This document shows, in pieces, positions 12,160-24,800 of a DNA stretch of 64,000 nt. The position numbers and the translations under genes are program-made. How positions within the stretch are numbered: the first letter of the stretch is position 1; every line of letters begins with the position of its first letter. The stretch spans positions 12,896,001 to 12,960,000 of the forward strand of contig JBHGNT010000020.1 in NCBI GenBank assembly GCA_043228905.1, given 5' to 3'. The DNA is from Azolla caroliniana (lineage: Eukaryota; Plantae; Polypodiophyta). The notes under the pieces are model-generated. The model saw only the letters and a program-made list of their open reading frames with translations. It was not told where the DNA came from and did not search any database.

Positions 12160-13135
12160 CTACAGGTTGCTGAAGAAGGGGTGTAAATTCAAATGGGGTG
12201 AGGAGCATGCGGAGTTGGTTCGTAGACTAAAGGGGGCGCTAACCGCGACACCGACACTCCGGAAAGCGGTTTACGGCAAGAACGTCCCAATTTACATTAC
12301 GGTAGACACAAGCCCTACCGGGATAGGATGGGTGGTCAACCAGGAGGACGAAGCTGGCACGAGGTTCCACATCTGGTTCGGAGCGAAGGTGCTGAGTTAG
12401 TGACAGCGAGGATACGCCCAAGTTAAACGCGAGCTCTGGGGTATCATTTCGGCAGTCAAGGCTGATAAAGACTACTTGATCGGAACGAAGGTGATAATCA
12501 AGACGAACTGCCTACCGATCCTTGGTATGGTTTTCGGATGCGCGACACTGGACCTGGCAATGCTCAGTTGGATCGCGTACATTAAGTCTCTGAACCTGGA
12601 GATACGGCACATGTCCGGTAAAGACAACGCCATGGCCGACATGCTTTCTAGAGCACGGTTCAATGACGAGGATGGCATGGTTTCGGAGGACAAAGAAGTT
12701 GGCGTAGACTTCTTCGAGTCAGCTTGAGTGACGACAAGGGCGGGGACCACTCCGGTGCTTAACAAGTTCAACAAAGGGGGGTACGACGAGGAGTGGCTCC
12801 AGATCAGCAGGTTCCTGGAAACAATGGTGCCAGACACGGCATGGACAAGGGAAGAGGCTGGTTGGATCCGGAGGAAGTCGTACCGATTCTTCCTATGGGA
12901 TGGGGACATATGGAAACTCCCGAAAAAGAGAGGTGGTGTTCCACTCTGCGTAATGGCGGGGAAGGCAGAGCAAGCGGCGTTGTTGACGGTGTATCACGAG
13001 AGTCCTTGGGCCGGACACCACGAGATATGGGCCACATTCGAATAGCTAAAGGAGAAGTATTGGTGGTCGGGGTTGTACCGAGACGTGTACCAGTTTGTAA
13101 CAACATGCGAGAGCTACCAAATGCAATCCGTGATC
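12160..13135 (+). mobile_element. Ty3/gypsy pol fragment (RT thumb, RNase H, integrase H2C2 zinc domain) with stops
   Basis: LLKKGCKFKWGEEH, ITVDTSPTGIGWVVNQ, GKDNAMADMLSR, HESPWAGH...YWWSGLYRDVYQFVTTCESYQ. RH precedes IN, which is gypsy order. Confidence 0.88.
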
Positions 13136-14335
13136 GGTCGGCACATTCGATGCCTACGATCGGACGGAGGAAAGGAGTACTTCTCCGACGAGTTCACCTC
13201 CTACCTCCAAGGTGAAGGCATTCGTAGAGAATTCTCATGCCGACACACTCCCCAACAAAACGGGGTAGCCGAGAGAAAGAATCGGCAAATACTCGAGGTA
13301 GCACGCGCCATGATGCGTGAGAAGCACATGTTGAACTTCTATTGGGCAGAAGCGGCATCCACGGCCGTCTATCTCATGAATCGATGCACCACAAATAGCG
13401 TGCACGAGCTTACTCCATATGAGATCATCGTTGGAAGAAAGTCCATCCTCTCGCACCTCAAGGTGTTCGGAAGCATTGCGAATGTACGCATCCCGAACGA
13501 AAGTCGAGAGAAGCCCGACGCGAAGTCGGAAGAATGTATCCTCATAGGATACTTGTCCGCAAAAAAGGCGTACAAGTGCTTCAACCCTTCAACCCGAGCG
13601 GTGCGGATAAGTCGCGATGTCGTTTTTGACGAATCGGCATCTTGGTATAAGCCCGATGCGACTCCATCCGACCCAATCGAGGAAGAGTTGAACGCCAACT
13701 CGGACGACGAAACTCGGCCAAGTCCTCCACCGAAGGACAATCCAAGCTCTACCGAGCTAATTGGCCCACAAGAGCCTCCATGCGATGAAAACACGTTGCG
13801 GCCAAGTTCGACATCGGACAAAGGCAAAGGTAAGATGCCCGAATACGAAGTCGAGGTCCACCCCAACGACCGTGATTCGGATGATTCGGCTCGCTCATTA
13901 GACAGTGAGTTCGGTGTACCCATCATGAGGACACCCGGAGTAAAGAAGGCGCTCACATCGACAAACGAGAAACTCCGCCACTCATCACGAGCGAAGACCC
14001 AAATCACTCGTTACGCCTACAACGAGTATATGGCCCATCACTATACCCTCGCGATGAAGGTAGTGCATGAACAAGAACCCGAGGATCCAAGCCTTCGTCG
14101 CAGGCTTGAGGGGGAGAACAAAGTTGCGGAGAACCGCGCAACGAAGCCGCGAATACGCGAAGAAAGTTGCGCAATGCCGCGCAACAAAGCTGTGGAGAGC
14201 CGCGCAACAAAGCCGTGAAGACGCGAAGAAAGCCGCGCAACACTGCGAAGAAAGCCGCAAGCCGTACCGATGCTGACGAAGCCAAAGGAAGCTAAACCGG
14301 ACGTTGGACGCCTCACACTTGAGCTTGAGGGGGCG

Positions 14336-14780
14336 TGTTGAGATATCAAGCTCAACTAGTTTAATCTAGTTAGTCAACACATGTAACTTAGTAGTTACCT
14401 AGATCGAATCTAGTTAATGTGTTGACCTTAAGCCTTTAAATAGGACCTTGTACTTAAGTGGGATATTCTAGATCCTCCACTCCTTAGTACATTTAATGTA
14501 GGACTTACACATAAGTACCTATGTTCTACCCACACATGTGCACCTTTGCACATGGGTTGTATATATACCTCATTGTGGGTATTTTTGAATGTTGATGACA
14601 CTTTTCAATATAGTCAATCATCCCCCATTTATCTTCGTGTTCAAGTGTAACTTCCTCTCTCTCTCTCTCTCTCTTCCTCTCACACACTCTCACGCGCATA
14701 TCATACTAATCTTCTGTTGCTTAATGTAACCATATAATTAGTCTCTAATTAACCCTAGTTAATTACCTAATTACTTAACA
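14336..14780 (+). repeat. 3' LTR
   Basis: Direct repeat of 9730-10174. Confidence 0.95.
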
Positions 14781-15430
14781 TGAGCTAACTCCATACGAGC
14801 TCCTTGTTGGAAGGAAGTCGATCTTGTCGCACCTCAAGGTGTTTGGAAGCATTGCGAATGTACGCATCCTGAACGAAAACCGACAAAATCCCGACGCGAA
14901 GTCGGAGAAATGTATCCTCGTAGGATACTCGTCCGAGAAGAAGGCATAACGTGCTATAACCCTTCGACCCGATCGGTTCGGGTGAGTCGAGACATAGTCT
15001 TCAATGAATCGACATCATGGTATAAGCCCGATTTGGCTCCACCCGACTTGACCGAGGAAGAGTTGAATGTCAACTCAGAGGACGATTTTCGGACAAGTCC
15101 TCTACCAAAGGACAATCCAAGCCCACCCGAGCCTTCAAGCATTCCAAGCACGTCACAACCAAGTACAAACTTGGACAAAGGCAAAGGTAAGATGCCCGAA
15201 TACGAAGTCGATCACCCTGACGACAATGATTCGGATGTGTTGGCTCTCTCACTAGACAATGAGTTTGGTGTACCCATCATGCGAACACCCAGAGTAAAGA
15301 AGGCACTCACATCGGCGAGTGAAAAACTTCGACACTCATCTAGAGAGAAGAACCTCGTCATTCGGCTCGGCTACAACGAGTATATGGCCCATCATGATGC
15401 CTTTGCGATGAAGGTAGTGGTCGAACAAAA

Positions 15431-15734
15431 GTTGATAATTAACTAGGGGTTAATTACTACCTAATTATGTGATTAAGTAGTAATTAGCCCGTAGTTAATT
15501 ACCTAATTCTTACATCTCATGTGCAAAGGCTCACATGTGTGAGTAGCATATAGATACAAAGGTGTAAGTACTATATTTAATGAACATGGGAGTGGAGGAT
15601 CTACAACGTATCCCACTCAAGTACAAAATCCTATTTAAGGCTTTAAGGTCAACACACTAACTAGATTCTATCTACGTAACTACTAAGTCATGTGTATTGA
15701 CTAACTAAATTAAGTTGAGCTTGATATCTCAACA
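15431..15734 (-). repeat. Inverted, diverged solo or partial LTR of the same family as 9730-10174
   Basis: Ends gagcttgatatctcaaca, the reverse complement of the LTR start tgttgagatatcaagctc. Internal blocks also match in reverse. Confidence 0.85.
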
Positions 15735-17755
15735 CTTCTATTTCCTAGAAAGTAATGGAGCTCTTTCATATCAGTCATTTCGAATCGGCTAGAGAGGCGC
15801 TTCTTGATGTGTTCAATGTCTACTGCTAAATGCTCTCCTCCTATAACCAAGTCATCCACATAAATGATGATAAATAAATGTCCTCTAGAGTCGCTCTAGA
15901 TGAACATAGAGTTGTTAGACTTGGACATGTTGAAGGCAATTTGATGAAGATATTGCATTATCGTTGAATGCCATGCTCTTAGTGCCTGTGTGAGACCATA
16001 AAGAGGCTTTTTGAGTTCGCAGACAACAGTCGGATGCGTAGTCGACTAGAATCCAGGTAGTTGTATCATGTACACCTCTTCTAACTCACCTTGGAGAAAG
16101 GAGTTCTTTATGTCCATTTGGTGGAGGTGCCACCCTTTTGTGGCTGCAAGCGCGATCACGGTTCGAATTGTGGTCATCTTTGCCATCGGGGCAAAGGTCT
16201 CTTCATAGTCAACACCATGCGTCTATGAGTAACCCTTCGCCACAAGCCGAGCCTTGTACCAATGAACAGTGTCGTCGGCGTTGTGCTTTACCTTGAAGAT
16301 CCAACGACATCCAATTTCCTTTCGATGGTTTGAAGAAGGGATGAGATCCCATGTCTCGTTCTTGGAGAGTGCTTGCATCTCCTTATTCATCACTTCGACC
16401 TATCTAGGGTCCTTCGCGGCTTCGGAAACGTTTTCTGATTCTCGGACTGTCACCACCTTCATCATGAATGCATAATGATATGCCATGTAGTCATTGTAGC
16501 CGAATCAGCTGACTACGTTCTTTTCTCAGGTGGAGCAACGTGGTGCTCCGTCTCGCACGTTCAAAATGTCTTGTCGGTAATAGAAGTTATGTTCTTGGGG
16601 CTTCTCTTGGTTGTGTCGGCCTTGGCCGAATTGGCCTCTTCTTCCATGACCTTGTCCTCTTCCTCCATCGAAATTCGAATAGAGAATTTTTCCTTCTTGC
16701 GTATTACTTCTTGTTCGAACATGATTCTCCTCGACTAGCAACATCGACTGGAGATCGAAGAAGGAGGGAGGATTCTCCCTTGCGAGGACTGCCGACCGAA
16801 TGGCTCCGAACCGAGGTGCTAGGCTTCCAAAGCAAATATGCACCATTTCATCGTCATCAATGCTAACAATGATCGACCCAAGGGCATCACACAACTCCTT
16901 GATCTTCAAGGTGTAGCTGCCGATTGACATGTTCCTCTATTGTATGTTGTTCAACTCTTGACGGAGTTGATGCTTTCTTGCAATCGTGTTGGCTGCGAAA
17001 ATCTTCTTGAGATTCCCCCATGCCTCCTTCGTCGTTTTGGCCTCTCGGATGTAGCCGAGCATGTGATGAACGCAATACAACACACGACTCGCCACTGGCT
17101 CCCAAGCTAGGTAGTCGGCATGTGTTGGATTGGGTTGATTTTAGTTTGCTCCTTAGACATAACTCCAATAGCCTTCGCCAACAAGGTATTGGTGCATCTT
17201 GTACTCCCAAGATGCAAAGTTGTTTCTGTCGAGCTTCTTGGTAGGAAGAGCGCTTCCCATATGAGAGTTCATTGTCGAACTTCTTATTCTTCTCCTCTTT
17301 GATATGAACTATGCAGGTTGCTGCTACATCGATCTGTCGGTTCTTTTCGAACGCGGTATTGGGCACAACACACATAAAGGAGATGGGCTTGGATCAAGCT
17401 ACCACATGCTCTAATGTCATGTCGAGAATCTAATGGATTTTGTGCAGTGGAAGAACTGTGTATGTGGAGAGAGAGAGATTACAGAAAAACATAAGAACTA
17501 TATTACTAGGAAACAAGAATGACCAACAATTACAAAGAGAAGGAGAAGGTGCTTATGTCGTCACCTTCTCTCTAAGTTCTCTCACTAGTACCGCCTATTA
17601 GGAAAGAGGTCGTGTCGTAACTACTTAAGAATATGTGTCATATGACATTAACTTCAATGAGACACACATTATTGTACAAGGAGGTGGGGTGTTTACACAC
17701 TTGAGTATCCTAGAGTGTGTTCCCACTCACGGGAAGTTGAGTTTGATTCTAAACA
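15735..17755 (-). mobile_element. Decayed copia on the minus strand: 5' LTR (17420-17755), degenerate PBS, gag, and RT fragment; PR and IN deleted
   Basis: Gag KIKELCDALGSI...ENPPSFFDLQSMLLVEENH. RT remnants include IYVDDLVIG. The LTR begins tgtttagaatcaaactcaacttccc on the minus strand, similar to the 8671 LTR. Confidence 0.85.
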
Positions 17756-19174
17756 CATTTAAAGCTCGCAAAATGCATTGCAAGCACAACTCATTTCCCT
17801 TTTTACCGATTTCAATTGTCCCATTGGGCACGTTCAGTGTGAGCCTCACCATGTGTCTCAAACCAATAAGACATCATGAGTTATAGGTTCACAAAGGGTG
17901 ATTGTTCAGTGCGTAATGAAATCCAAATGAAGTTGTTTATCATGATGCAAGTAGATTATGTTGCATGCAAGGTTGTTAGTGTTTTTTCCTCATTCAAATC
18001 TATTGCACATTATTTGACAACATTGATTGCTAATTGCAGGCAGACAAATCTTTAGGACAATACTTGACCCAAAACAATATATGTGACATTTCAATTTCAA
18101 TTACCCGACAATTTAAATCAATCCTTAAGAAACACATATTATAAGTTGTGACATGTTCTCTGATCTCTTTTTTCTTTTGACGACCAAGACAATACATGCT
18201 AAAGCACAATGTGAGAACATTGCCTTTACATGTCATAACAAGAACTTTAGAAATTCCCACCATTATGCAAGTCCAATATTTTATTGGTTTCTTCGAGTCA
18301 CAAACTTGCATGATGTTGTCATTTGCGGCATGAGGTTGTGGCCCATGTCTTAAAGACTTGCTTGGTTAATGTTGTTTTACAAATAATTCTACATAACCCA
18401 AGAGTTGAATAGATAACCGTTCTTTGTATTAGATCATGTTAATAACTGTATTTCAAGTATGGCTTTCAAGGTTATGAAGATAATTAATTGTAGTTCTAGA
18501 TAAAATGAGTATAATTGATATCAGACATACCCTATAATACTCCCAAAATTATAAAACATAAATATTCTTACTAGTTATTGTTGTCCTTAGATATCAAATA
18601 TGACCAATGGGACCAAAGGGGGAGCATATGTAGAGGTTATGGGTCCATATTAGGCCTTACATTATTTTATAGGCTTAACCTTACGAACCAATTCGATAGC
18701 TAATTTTAATGGGTTAAGGGTAAGATGGCTAGGAAACAAGTTATCTTATGTGTAACATGCATAACCATAATTTATGTTGTGGTAGTTTGTAGTTTAGTAT
18801 TCTACACATGAGGATAAAAATTTGAGGGTTAATAGAGAGTGTAAAGAAGGGGGATCACTTTAATCATAAGGATTGAGACAACCCCCTTAAGGACCATGTG
18901 TGAACTTGCCTAGGGACCTTATGTTTAGATATAAACATGAGGTCTAACTATCCTCATTTTACACATTATTTGACTGTGTTGACATTGTGACCTTGTTGTG
19001 AATAAACTCTTGTGGCCAGTGCGCACTAGTACTAGGTACAACTTGATGCCATGGCAATGGTATAGGACATCGTTCAAGGCTTGGGTTCATCTCGATCCCT
19101 TCGCTCGGGGGTGGTAAGGTGGATCAACTATTGGAAACTGAGGCCGTCAATGCGGAATACAAAACAACATTATA

Positions 19175-19495
19175 GGTTGAAGAACAACAAGTTGGTGTAA
19201 ACAAGATCAACGAGTAGAACAGATTGAGCAACAAATACAACTTAACTAGAGTACAAAATCAAGATCAAATTAGAATGTGTGAGAGGGAGACATAGAGGCA
19301 CGAAATGTCGTTGTATTATTTAAACTCAAAGCTACAAAAGAATGGTGGCAATCAACATCTAAAACTAGGTAACAAGTTTAGTTTTATATTAACTGAACTA
19401 GGGAAATTGCCCTTTGACATAATTACAAATATGTTCTAGTCTAGTTTGTCCAAGAGGTACAACATGAATACATCGTTAGATACCCGTGTTCAACA
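19175..19495. repeat. Possible old solo LTR remnant
   Basis: Ends ...gtgttcaaca and starts (g)gttgaagaac. It contains an attacaaatatg block like the first LTR family. No TSD found. Confidence 0.3.
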
Positions 19496-21383
19496 TCAAC
19501 ACCCTTCGTTCTTTCTATTACTCTTTACTATCTACAATCTAATTCCTTATTATTATGGTTGCATTAGAAATAATCTCTAACATCATGATGAGACAAACCC
19601 ATAAGGACCTATGACATGTGGGAACATGTAGTGGTTTGTGAGCTTTAGGTGTCTAGCTATATAAAAGGGACAAACTATCCTCTTCATTACAATATAATGA
19701 GATGTTATTTCAACAATTAGGGTCAACATAAGGTAATATTCAGTGGTATGCGACACCGATAGTATTTATGTTTGTCTCATGTCCTTTTGTTGCTGGGGGG
19801 TGGTTGGTGTGGTTAAGCACCCTTAACCTATTATTCTCCTTAATCTCTTATTCTTTGCTCATCATTGATATGGCTTGTAATACCTTGTGACCAAATATCA
19901 TATTCTTCCTTTTCTTTTCATCAAACCCTAATGTCATGGACAGAAACTTATGATGATTTTGTATGAAAAATTCAACGACTTTGAGTGGGTAGTGTCTGAA
20001 GAATGAGCATGGAAGTGATTTCATGGACAAATATTGGATGTACTTAGAATGATTGAAGTGAATATGGATAAGGAGGTGAACTAGGTGGTGGGTTGGATGG
20101 ACTCGTGTGGGACAATGTTATTTCCCTCTTATTTCATAAAAATAACATATTCACAAGCCTAATGCTGAGAAACATATGATAGTGGAACACTTGAGAAATG
20201 TTTAATATCATAGTGGGATTTCATATTGTATCATATGCTCTTACAACACGAAATGAGTTTTTTTAGTACATCCTCTTGCAATAACTCATGTGCCCCGCTC
20301 TTCATAAATCTAATGTCATGGAAATATCGATGGGCAACATTGTCTTCTTTGTCTTCGACCAAAATTGTTAATATATATCATACAAAACCATCATTGAGTC
20401 AATTAACCATAACATAGATGAGTTGGCCAATTTGCAAGCTCACTTGCCATTAAAAACCATCACCTCAATACCAAGTTCACTCGTCATAATCACAACATAT
20501 GAGACTCGATCAACTCATTGATGTCACTTACACACCAAACCATCATAAGGAAACAAATTACGACATTTGCAGAGATGATCATTGATCACACCAAATTTTT
20601 GTGTGGGTAGTGATGTACAATATATGGTCAACTTATCATATAACGAACACATCATTGAGATAATTAGCAGTATACTTGATCAATTTATCAACTCCACTTG
20701 GGAAATGAACTATTGCCCGAATCCTAAAACATAGTACTCACGACTTGGTCAATTCACTTGACATCGCACATAATCATCACCATGGTAAAGACTACAACAT
20801 GCAATGATAACTTTACATTTAATTATGATTTTACAAATTAGAATACAAATGCTTGTATTTATTACATAAAATAGGTTTGTATACAAGAATGTATCAACTT
20901 ACCAATAAGCATGAATCCACAACATCGAAGATTGAATGTCGAGATAGTAAACCGCAATGTAGATGACATTGTTGACGAATGAAGCTCAATATTCGCCAAT
21001 TTATCATCAAGACAATTACGTACAACAATATGCACTGAGATTTGGTTGATTTAATGCATTCACCCACCATATGAAACGTTCGTGGACAATAACCACAATG
21101 ACACGAACTATTGACAAGATAACTAAGCCATAATATATATATGGGCATGGGATGGAGTCGACTCACTCACTATACAACTTAGAAATTCATTGGACGATAA
21201 AACACAAAAGCGTGAAGTATCATCAAGGTAGTAAACCGTGTCATATAGGGTGCGATCGATTCACTCACGATATGTCCGAATAGATAAACTAAGATGTGGC
21301 TAGACTTATCAACCAGATCATTCATGGCAGGAGACAACCACGATTAATAATGGAGAGTATACGCTGACTAATCACTGTCGTAC

Positions 21384-21827
21384 ATATACATTTACGAAAA
21401 GAAAGAAAGAAAAAAAGAGCATTAAGTATTGGGATCTCGGATCAAAGACTCAAAAAGCATATATTCTAGATCGATTCTCCTATCATCATCATCACCATCA
21501 CCATCACCATCCAAAAAAAGAGCATTAAGTATTGGGATCTCGGATCAAAGACTCAAAAAGCATATATTCTAGATCGATTCTCCTATCATCATCATCACCA
21601 TCACCATCACCATCCATAGCCGTGAATATAACGAAATTAGCAGAGTATTAGGTAGGTACACAGGCAAGCTCTGAGAGAGAGAGTTGGGGGTTTAATAACA
21701 AATATACATTTACGAAAAGAAAGAAAGAAAAAAAGAGCATCAAGTATTGGGGATCTCGGATCAAAGACTCAAAAAGCATATATATTCTCCTATCCTCATC
21801 ATCATCATCATCATCATCCATAGCCGT
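21384..21827 (+). repeat. Three imperfect copies of a ~100-130 bp unit directly upstream of the PSAT1 ATG
   Basis: aaaaaaagagcattaagtattgggatctcggatcaaagactcaaaaagcatatattct...(cat)n recurs at about 21411, 21514 and 21729. Confidence 0.9.
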
Positions 21828-21837
21828 ATTGGTAACC

Positions 21838-24800
21838 ATGGGATGGAGGAGCTTTATCTGTGTGTTGTTCTTTTACATTGGTTACTGCTGTGGTTGTTCG
21901 TTTGTTAGAGGAGCAGGAGTGGATTCAAAACAATGGGCACATCACAATGCTAAGCTTTCGGGTGTTATAATCCCTGGCTTGGCGAGTACAAGGTTGAGAG
22001 CTTGGGCCTTGTTGGATTGCCCGTTCTCTCCTCTAGATTTCAGACCCCTCGATCCTGTGTGGCTCGATACTAGAAAGGTATGTTGGATTGTCTTTCTTGC
22101 ATTTGATTATGCTATGTTGTATTGTATGGATTGACTCTACTTTCCTCTTTTGAAATTTGATTATACTATGTTGGTTTCTTGTTGCATTGTCTGAATTCAT
22201 ACTTCTAAAGAGTTATATTGGCTTTTTTCTGCATTGTATATAAATGTATCTGGTCTCTTTTTGTATTTTCTGGCTTGATGCAGAAAATTTACGTTTTTCT
22301 TTTGCATTTCTAGGCTTGGTACCGAAAATGTATGTTGTTTTCTTGCGTTGTCTTGCCTATCTACAACTTCTAGGTTGATCCTAGGGGTTCATGTGCTTTG
22401 GCTTATATCCTAGGGTTAAAAAGAAGGAACTGCAAGGATTCAATAAATATTGATTATTGGGTGGCTTTATATCATAAGAAACCCTCGAAATATAGAAATA
22501 CTGGGCTAATATTGTAGCATTTTATAAAACTTAGCTCATATTTTGATGGATATTACTATTAAATTCTTAGTTCTGTTTGCAAAATTGGGTCATTGACCTG
22601 ATATCTCATTACCTTGTCCTATTTTCAGGTAATATCTGTTCCTAATTGCTGGCTCAAGTGCATGCTATTGGAACCTCACAATCAAACAGATCATCCTGAA
22701 TGCAAATCTCGTCCTGACTCCGGTCTTGCTGCTATAACAGAGCTTGATCCAGGGTATATCACAGGTTGCTTTGTAGTGTTTTTCTTCCACTATGCAAAAA
22801 TGCCTTTGTGAAAGAATATTGGGGCAAGAAGTAATTGTATCCTGGCTGTTTTTAGGCCCATTGTCATCAGTTTGGAGAGAATGGGTTAACTGGTGTGTTG
22901 AGTTTGGCATTGAAGCTGATGCAATAATTGCTGCACCTTATGATTGGAGACTGTCTGGACCAATGCTTGAGGAGAGGGATCTTTATTTTTACAGATTGAA
23001 GTAAGCCTTCAAAATGCATTTGAATATTATTGCAAATATATTATATTTTTGTTTAAGGTCAGTCATGGAATACTTTGACTTTTGGGACTTGGTAACTGGG
23101 TTGGTTTGTGGAAGTACGATATGGTAAAAGGGATCATGTAATGAACTGTAACCATAGGTTAGGAACATAAAATGATAGGAAAGGGGCACTTTTGGAATGA
23201 GTAGAATTAGCCTCTATTTAGAACATCAAATCATCATCATAAAAGCAAAATGTTGGTTGTGAGGCTCATTCATGAGCTACTTAAGAAATAAGAATGAAGA
23301 TACATGCAAGATGATGGATGCATGATCTCCTCTTCACACCATTCCTGGCTACATAAAATGTAATGATCCTCCAAATTGGCTGCTACTATACCATGCTCAG
23401 GCTCTCTCCCCAACAATAATTTCAATCTTAACTTATGATAATCAAGTTTTGTAAGTGTTGACCGGATCCCTTTTCCACCGATCCGTAGTTCGTGATCCGT
23501 AAGACTCACCTGTGTTTTGGAGACGGTTGGGTGCCTCCAAGGGAGGGCGGGCAGTTTTCGGTGGGAGGAGTCCAGTAGGCCCCTTTCTCGACATGCTATG
23601 AGGCTCTAGAGGAGGAAATTATCCCATAGAGTGAGTTGCGCCTGTCTTGCCATGGAGCAACAGCAGCGTCCGGATAATCTATCTATCTGGCAATTCATCT
23701 GGTGGCTTCGCAGAAGCCAAGGAAGCCCCAGGAAGCATCAAACATCTCCAAGGAAATCCATGGCCACCTGTTTGTGTGGTTAGCTGCCAGGAAATGATCA
23801 TACTTCTTGTGCATGTGTCAAGTAAGGTTGCTCGGTGCTGGCCCCCTCAGAATAAGGTGGATACTAGTCTAACTTCTGCTCCCTGCAGAAGAGATGTAGT
23901 CGTAGTAGTTTCCAATGGTCGATGATCTCGCTTACAAACCCACAAATAGCACATGGCAATCATGATGAGCTACGCCTATGGTAGCATACAAGCGTACTGA
24001 ATGTTGTTCAATTGTGGTGACTCTTATGTCACCAACCACCACGCACACACTTCTCCAAGAGATGCACTTTGGTCAAAGCCTGGATACCTCCCATGCTCCT
24101 ATCTTACCACTGATGATTCCCTGACTGATGATCATCACCATCCCCTCAGAGGACCAATTACTTTTTGTCCTTCAACTCATTATTCTGGTTTGATCAGACC
24201 GTGGCGCCCGACAAACAGAGCATTATTAATGTGGGTAACATATAGGATGAGAAATGCTACCATGGTTAATCCCATCCTTCCATTGCCGCTAAATTCCAGC
24301 ACTTTTTTTCCTTGCTCCTGTTTTGAGGAAGGTGCCATCTGGCATTCCTACCCCGAGTATTGAGACAAGGATGAGGATGATGCCAAAGCTCATCTCTCTG
24401 CCTTCCTCGCCACATGGCAATTGGTCCTCTATGGCCATGGGGATGATTGCTGGGGAATCTTGGGTGGTCAAATAAGAACTGAGGCGAACCATATGTTTCA
24501 ATGTTTATGCTGGGATGCATCTCAGATTGCCTTCTGCACTGACTTCCTGCAGATGTTCCTCCAGAAGATCTCTTCCAAAGAAAAAACGATTGACATCTAG
24601 TACCAAATCAAATGCTGTAAATATAACTTGTTGGCCAAAACCACAACCAACATTCAGTGCCTGGAGCCTCCTGATAAAAACTTTTACCTATCCTGACCAC
24701 CCCAGTGAGAGCCCCAAACAGAAACACTTTTACCCTGATACCATCTGCATCTATGATCATGGTGACCACCAACAATAATGCAACATTGATTGTGACTACT

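Larger units (their letters stand above)
9730..14780 (+). mobile_element. Non-autonomous copia element (gag-PR-partial IN, no RT/RNase H) containing a gypsy pol fragment
   Basis: 445-bp LTRs at 9730-10174 and 14336-14780 with about 4 differences seen by eye. TSD TGAGC (9725-9729, 14781-14785), PBS TGGTATCAGAGC at 10175-10186, PPT gagggggcg before the 3' LTR. Confidence 0.95.
8956..15430 (+). mobile_element. Decayed host copia internal fragment (pre-integrase/integrase), interrupted by the 9730-14780 insertion
   Basis: GCFIEKDGRLIAKG...LWHKRISH...CEVCQLGKQ...QQNGVAD. The sequence GVHE|LTPYELLVG continues across the TGAGC TSD and ends at MKVVVEQK. Confidence 0.85.
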
